A stretch of 64,000 nt of DNA, taken from IMG/VR virus record IMGVR_UViG_3300021141_000706; one strand, 5' to 3'. Below are positions 33,916-42,293 of the stretch, piece by piece. Under the pieces are notes generated by a model. That model had not been told where the DNA came from. It searched no databases and saw only the letters and a program-made list of their open reading frames with translations. Source of the DNA: a virus. The stretch's first letter is position 1. The number at the start of each line of letters is the position of its first letter. The translations under genes and the position numbers were made by a program.

Positions 33916-35790
33916 TTAATTCCAAGTTTCTTCTTCTAAATTCTCTAATCTATCTTGACATAAAGCCATATTCATAGAAATCTTATCTCTATATTCTTGT
34001 TCTTCTTGACCTTGGAATGGAAGTTGTAACTGACCTTTATTATTTAAAACATCACTATATCTGTCAATTAACTTAGGTAATTTTTCTAAAAGAATATCTG
34101 TATATTCAGAAATAGTTTCAGTATAAGTAAACCAATCAATTAGTCTTTTTTCTGATTCAATAATATTATATCCTAATCCTAAAGAATCTGCTTTAGTTAA
34201 GTATTCAACTCCTGTTATATCAACAGCATTATCTCTAGGTTCTATATTATAAACTTCAGTAGCAAATGCTTTAGGAATATAATTGCCTTTATAATCAACA
34301 ACTAATAATTTTTGACTAATGTAACGATATTCTCTCCAGTCTCTGAACTTATCAGATATTTTATCAAACCATAACCAATCTGTATCTATTTCTTTAATAT
34401 CTCTATCACCTTCATACATATATTGATCACTAGAACTTGGTACATCTCCATCCCCAAAGATTTCAACAACTACTAAAACAGCAGTTTCTTCATATAGACT
34501 TCTTCCTTCAATTTCAGAATAAACTGAATCATCTGTATGAAAGTATTCATCATGATCTTCATCATAAAATACATCATCATAATCTTCTGGATACCAACCT
34601 ATTCTTCTTCTACCACCTCTTTCTACTTGAACAGCTCTATCGGCATATAAATGGTCATTAAGTGGCTCAGACCAAACAGATTCGTCCTCAGGAATTCTTC
34701 TATCATACCATTCAGAATAATAACCACCTTCGATTTCTGTATAACCACCACCAGTATCCTCTAAGATATACTGACCTTCGTGATCAGAATCTTGTTCATC
34801 ATCATTATGTAGAATACCATTATTAACATCATATCTTTTAAATGTATCCATATAAGGGTATCTGTTATAATCTTTATCTTTTACTTTAATAGTCATTCCA
34901 ACATTTCTATCTTCACCGTCTATATTAACAGTTGAATAACTATGATGATTATTATAAGATTTATAACACCAACCTTGTTCTTTAGCATAGTTTCTAAACT
35001 TTTGAACGTCTGATTCTTTAATAGTGTATTGTCTATCCATAAAATATTCAACACCTTCAACAGGTTTACCTAAGCTTCTTATAGATTCTAACTTCCAAAT
35101 TAAAGCTCTACCTATAATCTTATCATCTTCTTTAAGAATTAACATTTTACAAACATCTTGATTCTGAGTATAGATGCCAAATAGATTTCTTTTTTGAGCC
35201 ATACAAGATGAACCAAGTGTTCCTGATTTTTCTTTGTAGTTTTCAGAGTTATACCAAAATTCAATATCTTCTCCTTCAACTAATTCAAAATACTCTCCAG
35301 CTTTTTCTAAAATTGCTTTGAATGAGTTTATAAATTCTTCTATCTGTTTTGAGTTATATTTACCAGGAAATAGTTTATTAACAAATCTGCCCAAACCAAC
35401 TTCATTTCTTGATTTCTTGAACACTCCACTAGCATCACTTCTATCAGAATCCATATCAAATTCATGTAAATCATTTGAATACGTTTCAGGATCTGGCATT
35501 GGTTTGGTATCAATATTTATTGACCAATCTGTATTTGGATATTTAGCAGTAATTAAAGGTTTAGCATTCCTCATTGTGATAAAAGAAAAATAACCTTCTT
35601 TACCTAAATCAATAAAAGTCATATCTGGTTTCACATCAGTTCCTTCTGAACCTAATAACTCAGTAGCAATATCATTACCTTTTATTCTACTTAAAGCTTT
35701 TCTAACATTTGGTGAATAGTATAAGAAAGACTCATTGATAGCCTTCTCTAACAACATATCTACAACAAAACTATTATACTTTGAAATCAT
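33916..35790 (-). CDS. Large hypothetical phage protein (PcfJ-like SCM...GRALIW...MDR core)
   Basis: Likely start ATG 35790 after AATATATA; acidic C-terminal half. Confidence 0.55.
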   Translation of the reverse strand: MISKYNSFVVDMLLEKAINESFLYYSPNVRKALSRIKGNDIATELLGSEGTDVKPDMTFIDLGKEGYFSFITMRNAKPLITAKYPNTDWSINIDTKPMPDPETYSNDLHEFDMDSDRSDASGVFKKSRNEVGLGRFVNKLFPGKYNSKQIEEFINSFKAILEKAGEYFELVEGEDIEFWYNSENYKEKSGTLGSSCMAQKRNLFGIYTQNQDVCKMLILKEDDKIIGRALIWKLESIRSLGKPVEGVEYFMDRQYTIKESDVQKFRNYAKEQGWCYKSYNNHHSYSTVNIDGEDRNVGMTIKVKDKDYNRYPYMDTFKRYDVNNGILHNDDEQDSDHEGQYILEDTGGGYTEIEGGYYSEWYDRRIPEDESVWSEPLNDHLYADRAVQVERGGRRRIGWYPEDYDDVFYDEDHDEYFHTDDSVYSEIEGRSLYEETAVLVVVEIFGDGDVPSSSDQYMYEGDRDIKEIDTDWLWFDKISDKFRDWREYRYISQKLLVVDYKGNYIPKAFATEVYNIEPRDNAVDITGVEYLTKADSLGLGYNIIESEKRLIDWFTYTETISEYTDILLEKLPKLIDRYSDVLNNKGQLQLPFQGQEEQEYRDKISMNMALCQDRLENLEEETWN

Positions 35791-35868
35791 ATACACTATA
35801 TATTAATTTTATATTGGTAAATTAATAAATAAATCATATCTTTGTAAGATGAAAAATAACATTCGATA

Positions 35869-36474
35869 ATGGCGACTATAAAAAAGTTTAATCAATTTAA
35901 TACATCTGAGTGGATAGGACCGTTGAAGGTTCTTGATATTAAAGAGAATACAGTTTATACCAACTTTGGTAACTTCTTTAATAAATCAGAAAATAAACTA
36001 ACTATAGGTTACTCTTATATTCTAAGAGTTATTGGTAATGATATTGTTGATACAGGAATGTCTTGTGTTGACTTAATTGTTTTAGTAGATACTGGAACAA
36101 ACTATAAAGTACTTTCTATTAAAAGAGGTAGACCGCCATTTGTTGGTATGTGGGCTAACCCAGGTGGTAACATTGATGAAGGTGAGATTCCTTTGGATGC
36201 TGCTTCTCGTGAGTTAGAAGAAGAAACAGGACTTATGATACCTGGTAAATACTTTACTTATGTGGGTGCTTTTGATAAAGAGTTCAGAGATCCTCGTAAT
36301 AAAAATTGTGTTAGTCATGCCTTTGTTATTGTATTAGATGAAATACCAGTTGTTAAAGCTGGTGACGATGCTACAGAATGTACTTGGAATGATGTTAGTT
36401 ATAATGGTGATGTAACCGTTGATATGGCATTTGACCACTCAGAAATAATTAAAAAATCAATTCAATCAATATGA
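35869..36474 (+). CDS. NUDIX hydrolase
   Basis: GGNIDEGEIPLDAASRELEEETG, RDPR, AGDDA. Confidence 0.9.
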   Translation: MATIKKFNQFNTSEWIGPLKVLDIKENTVYTNFGNFFNKSENKLTIGYSYILRVIGNDIVDTGMSCVDLIVLVDTGTNYKVLSIKRGRPPFVGMWANPGGNIDEGEIPLDAASRELEEETGLMIPGKYFTYVGAFDKEFRDPRNKNCVSHAFVIVLDEIPVVKAGDDATECTWNDVSYNGDVTVDMAFDHSEIIKKSIQSI

Positions 36475-36959
36475 GTATTAAAAACTTAAAAGAACCATTT
36501 GTTATTATCCTTATCGGACCACCTCTATCTGGTAAATCAACTTGGATTAGAGAAAACTTTCCAACGACTGAAGTAATTAGTCGTGATGAAACTGTTATGG
36601 AAGTCTATGGTTCAAGAAACTATACTGAGGCATTTAACAATGTAGACCAAAAAGAAGTAGATAAAGTTTTAACTCAAAAGTTTTTAGATGCTAATGTGGC
36701 TAAGAAGAATGTGATTGTTGATATGACACACATGGCTTCTAAGCGTAGAAAGCAAAATCTAAACTATTTCTCAGATGATTACTATAAGTTAGGAGTTATA
36801 TTTCCTATTTTATCAGATGATGAATATGTAAGACGTAACCAAAAAAGAATTGAAGAAGAAAACAAAGATCTTCCAATGAGAATTGTTAAGTCTATGATTT
36901 CTTCTTATCAACCAATAACACCTGATGAAGGTTTTAACAAAGTAATTACATTAAAATAA
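36471..36959 (+). CDS. P-loop kinase (AAA_33, polynucleotide-kinase-like)
   Basis: LIGPPLSGKST, ISRD, VIVDMT....R. Confidence 0.8.
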   Translation: MSIKNLKEPFVIILIGPPLSGKSTWIRENFPTTEVISRDETVMEVYGSRNYTEAFNNVDQKEVDKVLTQKFLDANVAKKNVIVDMTHMASKRRKQNLNYFSDDYYKLGVIFPILSDDEYVRRNQKRIEEENKDLPMRIVKSMISSYQPITPDEGFNKVITLK

Positions 36960-36964
36960 AATAT

Positions 36965-37282
36965 ATGTCAACATTCAATTCATTAGTAGAAGCTGTTCAA
37001 GCTTCCGGTAAAAAATTCAGCGAGATTAGTAAAGAATCAATTCTTGCTTTTCTTGAAAGACAAGGTGAGCCAAGAAATTCTTGGGAATCAACTTATCAAA
37101 AATTAGGTGATATGTTTAATCCTAATAAGAAAAGTTCATCTGGTTTTGGTGAAAGTCCATTAAAAGAGGATAGGTCACATAAATCAGCTGTTGTTGATTA
37201 TACCGACAACTCGCATAATGATGTAAAAATAAGACAACCTAGAAAATCAATTTTCTCAGAGATAAAAAAAGTGGCTGGCTAA
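36965..37282 (+). CDS. Hypothetical protein
   Basis: Coupled ORF. Confidence 0.55.
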   Translation: MSTFNSLVEAVQASGKKFSEISKESILAFLERQGEPRNSWESTYQKLGDMFNPNKKSSSGFGESPLKEDRSHKSAVVDYTDNSHNDVKIRQPRKSIFSEIKKVAG

Positions 37283-38157
37283 TGAAAACATTGGTTACCG
37301 GTGGATTAGGATTCGTAGGTTCTAATTTAGTAGATATATTAATTAACTCAGGTGATGAAGTTTTCATATTAGACGACTTATCATCTGAGTCTTCATTTAT
37401 TGAAAATCAAAATGAAAAAGCAAATTTGATTATTGGTAAAGTTGAGGATATTAATAAATATTTTGTTGGATATAAATTTGATAGAATATTTCACTTAGCA
37501 GCAAAAGCAAGAATACAACCATCTTTTGATAATCCAACAGAATACTTTAGCTCAAATGCTTTAGGTACTTCTGAAGTTATGGAGTTTGCCAGATTATCTA
37601 AATCTGGTATAGTTGTTTATGCTACTACCTCTTCTAAAAATCATGGTGATTATATTAGTCCTTATACTTATTATAAAGTTGTTGGTGAGGGTATCTTAAA
37701 AACATATGCTAATTGTTTTGATATGAATTGCGCAATGGCTACATTTTATAATGTGTATGGTCCAAGAGAACCAAGAATTGGTGAGTGGGCTACTGTAGTT
37801 GCTAAATTTGGTAGACAGTTTGAAGAAGGTGAAAAACTAACAGTTGTTGGTGATGGTTCTCAATCTCGTGACTTTACTCACGTTGAAGATATATGTAATG
37901 GTCTAATTAAGATAAGTGAAGGTGATTGGAGAGGTCAAAACTTTGACTTAGGTCGTGGTAATTCAATTTCTATTTTAAATGTTGCTAAAATGTGGACTGA
38001 TAATGACTTATCAAAAATTACATTTGTGCCTTTAAGAAAAAATGAAGGACAACACACAGAGTCTGAATGGGAGAAAACATATTCTTTAATTAAATGGAGA
38101 GCTGAAAAATATCTTCCAGATTATATAAAATCTTGTAAAATTTTGAATTTACAATAG
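37282..38157 (+). CDS. NAD-dependent epimerase/dehydratase
   Basis: TGGLGFVGS, HLAA, SPYTYYK, NVYGP, RDFTHV. Confidence 0.9.
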   Translation: MKTLVTGGLGFVGSNLVDILINSGDEVFILDDLSSESSFIENQNEKANLIIGKVEDINKYFVGYKFDRIFHLAAKARIQPSFDNPTEYFSSNALGTSEVMEFARLSKSGIVVYATTSSKNHGDYISPYTYYKVVGEGILKTYANCFDMNCAMATFYNVYGPREPRIGEWATVVAKFGRQFEEGEKLTVVGDGSQSRDFTHVEDICNGLIKISEGDWRGQNFDLGRGNSISILNVAKMWTDNDLSKITFVPLRKNEGQHTESEWEKTYSLIKWRAEKYLPDYIKSCKILNLQ

Positions 38158-38193
38158 TTTTTCGTATCTTTATATTCTAAACGAAATATATAT

Positions 38194-38556
38194 ATGACAA
38201 ACTTTATTTCTACATATTCATTAGACCTAAGTAAAATCAACGAGCCTGTTGATTTTGATTGTAAAAAATCAGAAGATTGGGAAGAATTAATATGTGAAAA
38301 TGAAGGTCGCTTTATTAGAGAAAGTGAATTTATGTCATTTGAAGTGGATGGATTAGATTTATTAATAGTCTATGATTTAGAAGTAGATGGAAGAGTAGAT
38401 TATGATCCAGGTGATTATTACACACCACCATATTCAGATTGTGAAATCACTTACGAAGATATCGATGTAACAGAAGTTACATTGGATGATTATAACATCG
38501 AGTTAACAAAAGAACTCAAAAAGTTATTTTCAGAAGTGATTAAAAAAAATTTATAA
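38194..38556 (+). CDS. Acidic hypothetical protein
   Basis: ORF with AATATATA upstream. Confidence 0.55.
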   Translation: MTNFISTYSLDLSKINEPVDFDCKKSEDWEELICENEGRFIRESEFMSFEVDGLDLLIVYDLEVDGRVDYDPGDYYTPPYSDCEITYEDIDVTEVTLDDYNIELTKELKKLFSEVIKKNL

Positions 38557-38557
38557 T

Positions 38558-38884
38558 ATGGGAAAAGTTTACTTTGATAAAGAAAAGTACGGTATCTGGG
38601 TAGTTGATGATTTAGAAGACTACTATAGTTTCAAAGCCGTTAATTTTGAAACAAATGAAGAATCAAATCACATTTTATCTTGGTCTAGAAATTATGATTT
38701 AAAAGATCATGATTCAAAAATCGATAGGGTTTATGACGTAGAAATAGATAGAGAAAAATATTACTTTTTATTTGTTAATAATGGTGATGGTTGGGATGTT
38801 ATCTCAGAAGACTCTATGAAGTTAGAAAAATTACTAAGAGAAACTAATTTATTTTTCACCGGAGATTCTAAGATAGTTGAGTAA
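38558..38884 (+). CDS. Hypothetical protein
   Basis: Coupled ORF. Confidence 0.55.
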   Translation: MGKVYFDKEKYGIWVVDDLEDYYSFKAVNFETNEESNHILSWSRNYDLKDHDSKIDRVYDVEIDREKYYFLFVNNGDGWDVISEDSMKLEKLLRETNLFFTGDSKIVE

Positions 38885-39706
38885 ATTATCCATCAGTTGA
38901 TCAGCTCTTTCAAAAAGTTCTCTATTCTTTAGTACAGTTAAATTAGCTGTATAATAATCAACACCTTTATTTATGTAGAATGTTTGTATTAATTCATCTG
39001 GTACATAAACACCAGAATATTTTAATTGATTTACAAAAGGCATAACTACATTTTTAGGATTGTTTTGAAAGCCATCATCTAAGACATCATAAGACGGTGG
39101 TAATTCTCTAGTACTATAATCATCAGCACCATTATCGCCGTGTACAAAGAACCCGGCAACTTTTCCTTCTAAATGATTTCTTAATAAACTATCATACTTT
39201 TTAGCCTTAGAAAGATTACCCGTTACTTTAGGATCTTTAATACCTTCTCTACCTATTACATTTATAGCATCCCAAACATCCATTGTTAAATTAATACAAA
39301 CTAAACGATCAAATAATAATTTAATTTGTGAAGTTAATGAATGCCAGTGAATTGGTGAAACAATTATAAAAGCATCTGATTCTTGTAATAACTTATAAAC
39401 ATCTAATTCTTGTAATAAGTCCGGCATTTTTTTATCACCTTTATTATAACAAGAACAAGGAAAGTGACAGTGATATCCACCCGCAGTTGAAACACAACCT
39501 TTACAAGGTTGAATAGTAGGTCTCTTATGTTGATTAACAGAAAGATCTATAAGTTTGAAGTTAATAAAAGGAGACCATTGTTCAATCATATAGTTTACAA
39601 CAAGTTCACTTTTTGAATCCATACCTGAACAAGTTTCCTTGTCTCTTGGTGATCCTTGAAACAAAAGTACATTTGGTTTTTTATCTCCGAGTTTTCTAAT
39701 AATCAT
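38849..39706 (-). CDS. NAD(P)H-dependent FMN reductase/flavodoxin-family protein
   Basis: FQGSPR, CKGC, DAFIIVSPIHW, K.LFDR; likely start ATG 39706. Confidence 0.8.
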   Translation of the reverse strand: MIIRKLGDKKPNVLLFQGSPRDKETCSGMDSKSELVVNYMIEQWSPFINFKLIDLSVNQHKRPTIQPCKGCVSTAGGYHCHFPCSCYNKGDKKMPDLLQELDVYKLLQESDAFIIVSPIHWHSLTSQIKLLFDRLVCINLTMDVWDAINVIGREGIKDPKVTGNLSKAKKYDSLLRNHLEGKVAGFFVHGDNGADDYSTRELPPSYDVLDDGFQNNPKNVVMPFVNQLKYSGVYVPDELIQTFYINKGVDYYTANLTVLKNRELFERADQLMDNLLNYLRISGEK

Positions 39707-39742
39707 ATTGTATATATTAATTATTTGTATTATCTTTGTACT

Positions 39743-40156
39743 ATGAAAGTAAGTTTTGATTTTGACCATACGTTATCAAGAAAGGATGTTCAAACATTTG
39801 CCAAAGAATTGGTAAGTGAAGGTCATGAGGTGTGGATTGTTACTTCTCGTTTTAGCGATGAAGCCGCTAAAGAAAAGAAATGGCATTGGATAGAAGGACA
39901 GAATCAAAAATTATTTGATGTTGCTCAAGAATGTGGTATTAAATTAGAAAATATTCATTTTACTTGTATGGAATCTAAATCTATTTTCCTAGAAAGTAAA
40001 GATTTTGTATTTCATTTAGATGATGATGATATTGAGTTAATGGATATATTTGAAAGTAACAAATTTGACCAAAGTAAATGTTTCCCAGTTCATGTAGATC
40101 ATTTTGAGTGGAAAGAAACTTGTCGAAATATTTTGAAGAAAAATTTGGCAGAATAA
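39743..40156 (+). CDS. HAD-superfamily phosphatase-like protein
   Basis: SFDFDHTL, IVTSR, HLDDD; start after TATCTTTG. Confidence 0.72.
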   Translation: MKVSFDFDHTLSRKDVQTFAKELVSEGHEVWIVTSRFSDEAAKEKKWHWIEGQNQKLFDVAQECGIKLENIHFTCMESKSIFLESKDFVFHLDDDDIELMDIFESNKFDQSKCFPVHVDHFEWKETCRNILKKNLAE

Positions 40157-40175
40157 GAAATAAGTATTATCTTTG
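40144..40175 (+). promoter_or_regulatory. Bacteroidota-type promoter
   Basis: TTTG(40144)-N20-TATCTTTG(40168). Confidence 0.65.
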
Positions 40176-40271
40176 TGTAACAAAAGAGATAATTATCCTA
40201 AACGGTGAGGGAAATTAAAAGTAAAGCACGAAGCTTGAGCCCAAATAGGAGGCGGTCACCGTCCGAAAAAT

Positions 40272-40358
40272 GAGGAAGTAACAAAGTGGTCAAATGTGGT
40301 TGTGTCGTAACACAGCTGGCTTTTAAGTCTTCGGAGGTTCGAATCCTACCCTTCCTCA
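40272..40358 (+). ncRNA. Tyr-like tRNA with abnormal anticodon arm
   Basis: gaggaag/cttcctc, A73, V-arm; gttgtg-tcgtaa-cacagc; bulged T stem. Confidence 0.6.
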
Positions 40359-40409
40359 CAAAATTTGCGGTTTTTTACAACTTTTAAAAATCACAAAGTA
40401 TAACCTATA

Positions 40410-40647
40410 GAGTTTTCGTAGTGGTTGACTCTTAATCCTCTTAACGGAGGGGTCTGTTTTTACAGGGTGGATACCAAACTCCACGCAAAGTTTTCGTAGT
40501 GGTTAACTACCCTTTAATTAGGGGGTCTGTCTCAGACAGTGTGGGTACCAAAACCCACTCTACTTAAAAAGAGTTTTCGTAGTGGTTAACTCTTAATTCC
40601 TCTTAACAGAGGGGTCTACTCCAAGTAGGGTGGGTACTGAACCCCAC
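40410..40647 (+). ncRNA. Three tandem copies of a ~70-77-nt four-hairpin RNA motif
   Basis: Units 40410-40484, 40489-40558, 40571-40647; conserved agttttcgtagtggtt.act; compensatory stem changes. Confidence 0.7.
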
Positions 40648-40665
40648 ACTAAACCCAATTCATTA

Positions 40666-40764
40666 ATGAATTCAGAAATCTACGCGGCTATTGCCACACC
40701 TGTAGTTCTATTGTCTACTCTAGCAATAGTAATGTACAAGGAGAAGAAAAAAATGAGAAAATAG
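40666..40764 (+). CDS. Small single-TM peptide (32 aa)
   Basis: MNSEIYAAIATPVVLLSTLAIVMYKEKKKMRK. Confidence 0.5.
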   Translation: MNSEIYAAIATPVVLLSTLAIVMYKEKKKMRK

Positions 40765-40774
40765 AGAAAATTCG

Positions 40775-40803
40775 ATCCTATCAAAATGATAGGATTTTTT
40801 TTT
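40775..40803 (+). terminator. Intrinsic terminator
   Basis: atcctatca-aaa-tgataggat plus T-tract. Confidence 0.75.
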
Positions 40804-40880
40804 GACATTTAATATAAATTTAATAAAAAAGTCATATCTTTGCTGCTATAAAAAATATAATCTAAAACATATTTATATTA

Positions 40881-41369
40881 ATGAAATTAGAAATTGAACG
40901 CAAATTTTTACTAAAAGCTATGCCTGACATATCTCCAACCGAGATTGTTAAAATTGACCAGTATTATTTTAAAAACTCAAGTGGTACTTGGGAAAGGGCT
41001 AGATCTTGGGATTCTAATATCAAGGGTAAATCGTATATTCATACTGTAAAGAAAAGCGTTTCAAAAGGTGTCAACCTTGAAGATGAAAAATTTCTAAGTG
41101 AAAAAGAATTCAAAGAGTTCAAATCGCATTGTTTATTATCTACAACCGAGTCTAGATTCATAACTAAAGAAAGATGGATTTATCCCGATGGTAATCTATA
41201 CTGGGAAGTAGATATGTTTAATAGTGGTCACCATCTTATTGTGGCTGAAATTGAAATTCCTACAAAAAATCATAAAGTAAACATTCCTAAGTTTATAGAA
41301 GATAAACTTTTACTTGAAGTAACAGGATTAAAACAATTTAGTAATAGAAACCTTTCTAATAAAATATAA
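40881..41369 (+). CDS. CYTH-domain protein
   Basis: EIERKFLL, K.R.IY, WEVDMF, VAEIE. Confidence 0.85.
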   Translation: MKLEIERKFLLKAMPDISPTEIVKIDQYYFKNSSGTWERARSWDSNIKGKSYIHTVKKSVSKGVNLEDEKFLSEKEFKEFKSHCLLSTTESRFITKERWIYPDGNLYWEVDMFNSGHHLIVAEIEIPTKNHKVNIPKFIEDKLLLEVTGLKQFSNRNLSNKI

Positions 41370-41379
41370 TATAAAAAAT

Positions 41380-41928
41380 ATGAAGAAATTAGAATTAAGA
41401 ATGTATGGTCTCGTGCCTTATAATATCTCACCTATTCAACAAGCTATTCAATTTGGACACGCTGTTGTTGAGTATGGTCAGAAGTTTAGAAATGATAACT
41501 ATAACGATTGGGCCGATAACTGGAAAACATTTATCATCTTAAATGGTGGAACAACAAATCACAAAACTTCCTTAGAAGATGGATTGCCATTTGGTAGTTT
41601 GAATAATCACTTACTTACTTTATTGGATAATGGTATCGACTTTGCTCAATTTAATGAACCAGATTTAGGTGACCAACTTACTGCTGTTGTTTTTATTGTT
41701 GATGAAAGAGTCTTTAATAGAAAGAAATATCCTGACTTTGAAGATTGGGTTATTGAGAACTATGGTGATTTAATTACAGGTGGTGGTACTTCTTATCAAG
41801 TTGCTCAGAGAATTAAAGAATCAAAATCAAAAGAAGATAAAAAAGTTTACAAAGAGTGGGTTGCTTTAGTTGGTGGTGATAAAAATGTTTTCTTGAGAGA
41901 TTTCTTAAAAAACTTTAGATTGGCATAA
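41380..41928 (+). CDS. Pth2-like peptidyl-tRNA hydrolase-family protein
   Basis: MY.LV....QQAIQFGHA, KT.IIL, EPDL..QLTA. Confidence 0.5.
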   Translation: MKKLELRMYGLVPYNISPIQQAIQFGHAVVEYGQKFRNDNYNDWADNWKTFIILNGGTTNHKTSLEDGLPFGSLNNHLLTLLDNGIDFAQFNEPDLGDQLTAVVFIVDERVFNRKKYPDFEDWVIENYGDLITGGGTSYQVAQRIKESKSKEDKKVYKEWVALVGGDKNVFLRDFLKNFRLA

Positions 41929-42275
41929 TGAAAGAATCTTGGATTAAGATTAATAATGAAACATTCTTTATAAAGGAAATGATGATTCAACTAAGTATTG
42001 GTTCACATGCTTCTTTACAATTATCATTCGATATTAAAAAATATCCAAAATACTCAGATATCTTTTTTAATAAGTATGAAAACAAAGAGAAGTTTAATAT
42101 AGTTGGTAAAGAGTTTGAAGCAAAAGGAACAATAATTAAAACAATTGATACAGATAAGAATACAATGAATACTTCTTTAAGATGTGATTTATTAAATCAT
42201 AAAGACATTTCAGAACGAAGAGAAGAAATTATTGATGTTGTACTAAACAACCAACAAAATAATAATATAAAATAA
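41928..42275 (+). CDS. Hypothetical protein
   Basis: Coupled ORF. Confidence 0.55.
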   Translation: MKESWIKINNETFFIKEMMIQLSIGSHASLQLSFDIKKYPKYSDIFFNKYENKEKFNIVGKEFEAKGTIIKTIDTDKNTMNTSLRCDLLNHKDISERREEIIDVVLNNQQNNNIK

Positions 42276-42293
42276 ACAAGTAAATTAGAAAAT

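Noticed and set aside
40460-40640. T-box riboswitch (GGGTGG.TACC resemblance)
   Set aside because: One extra nt versus UGGNACC, no closing antiterminator helix, no Stem I/specifier loop, no downstream synthetase.
40410-40647. CRISPR array
   Set aside because: Units are homologous along their whole length with covarying stems; no unique spacers and no cas genes.
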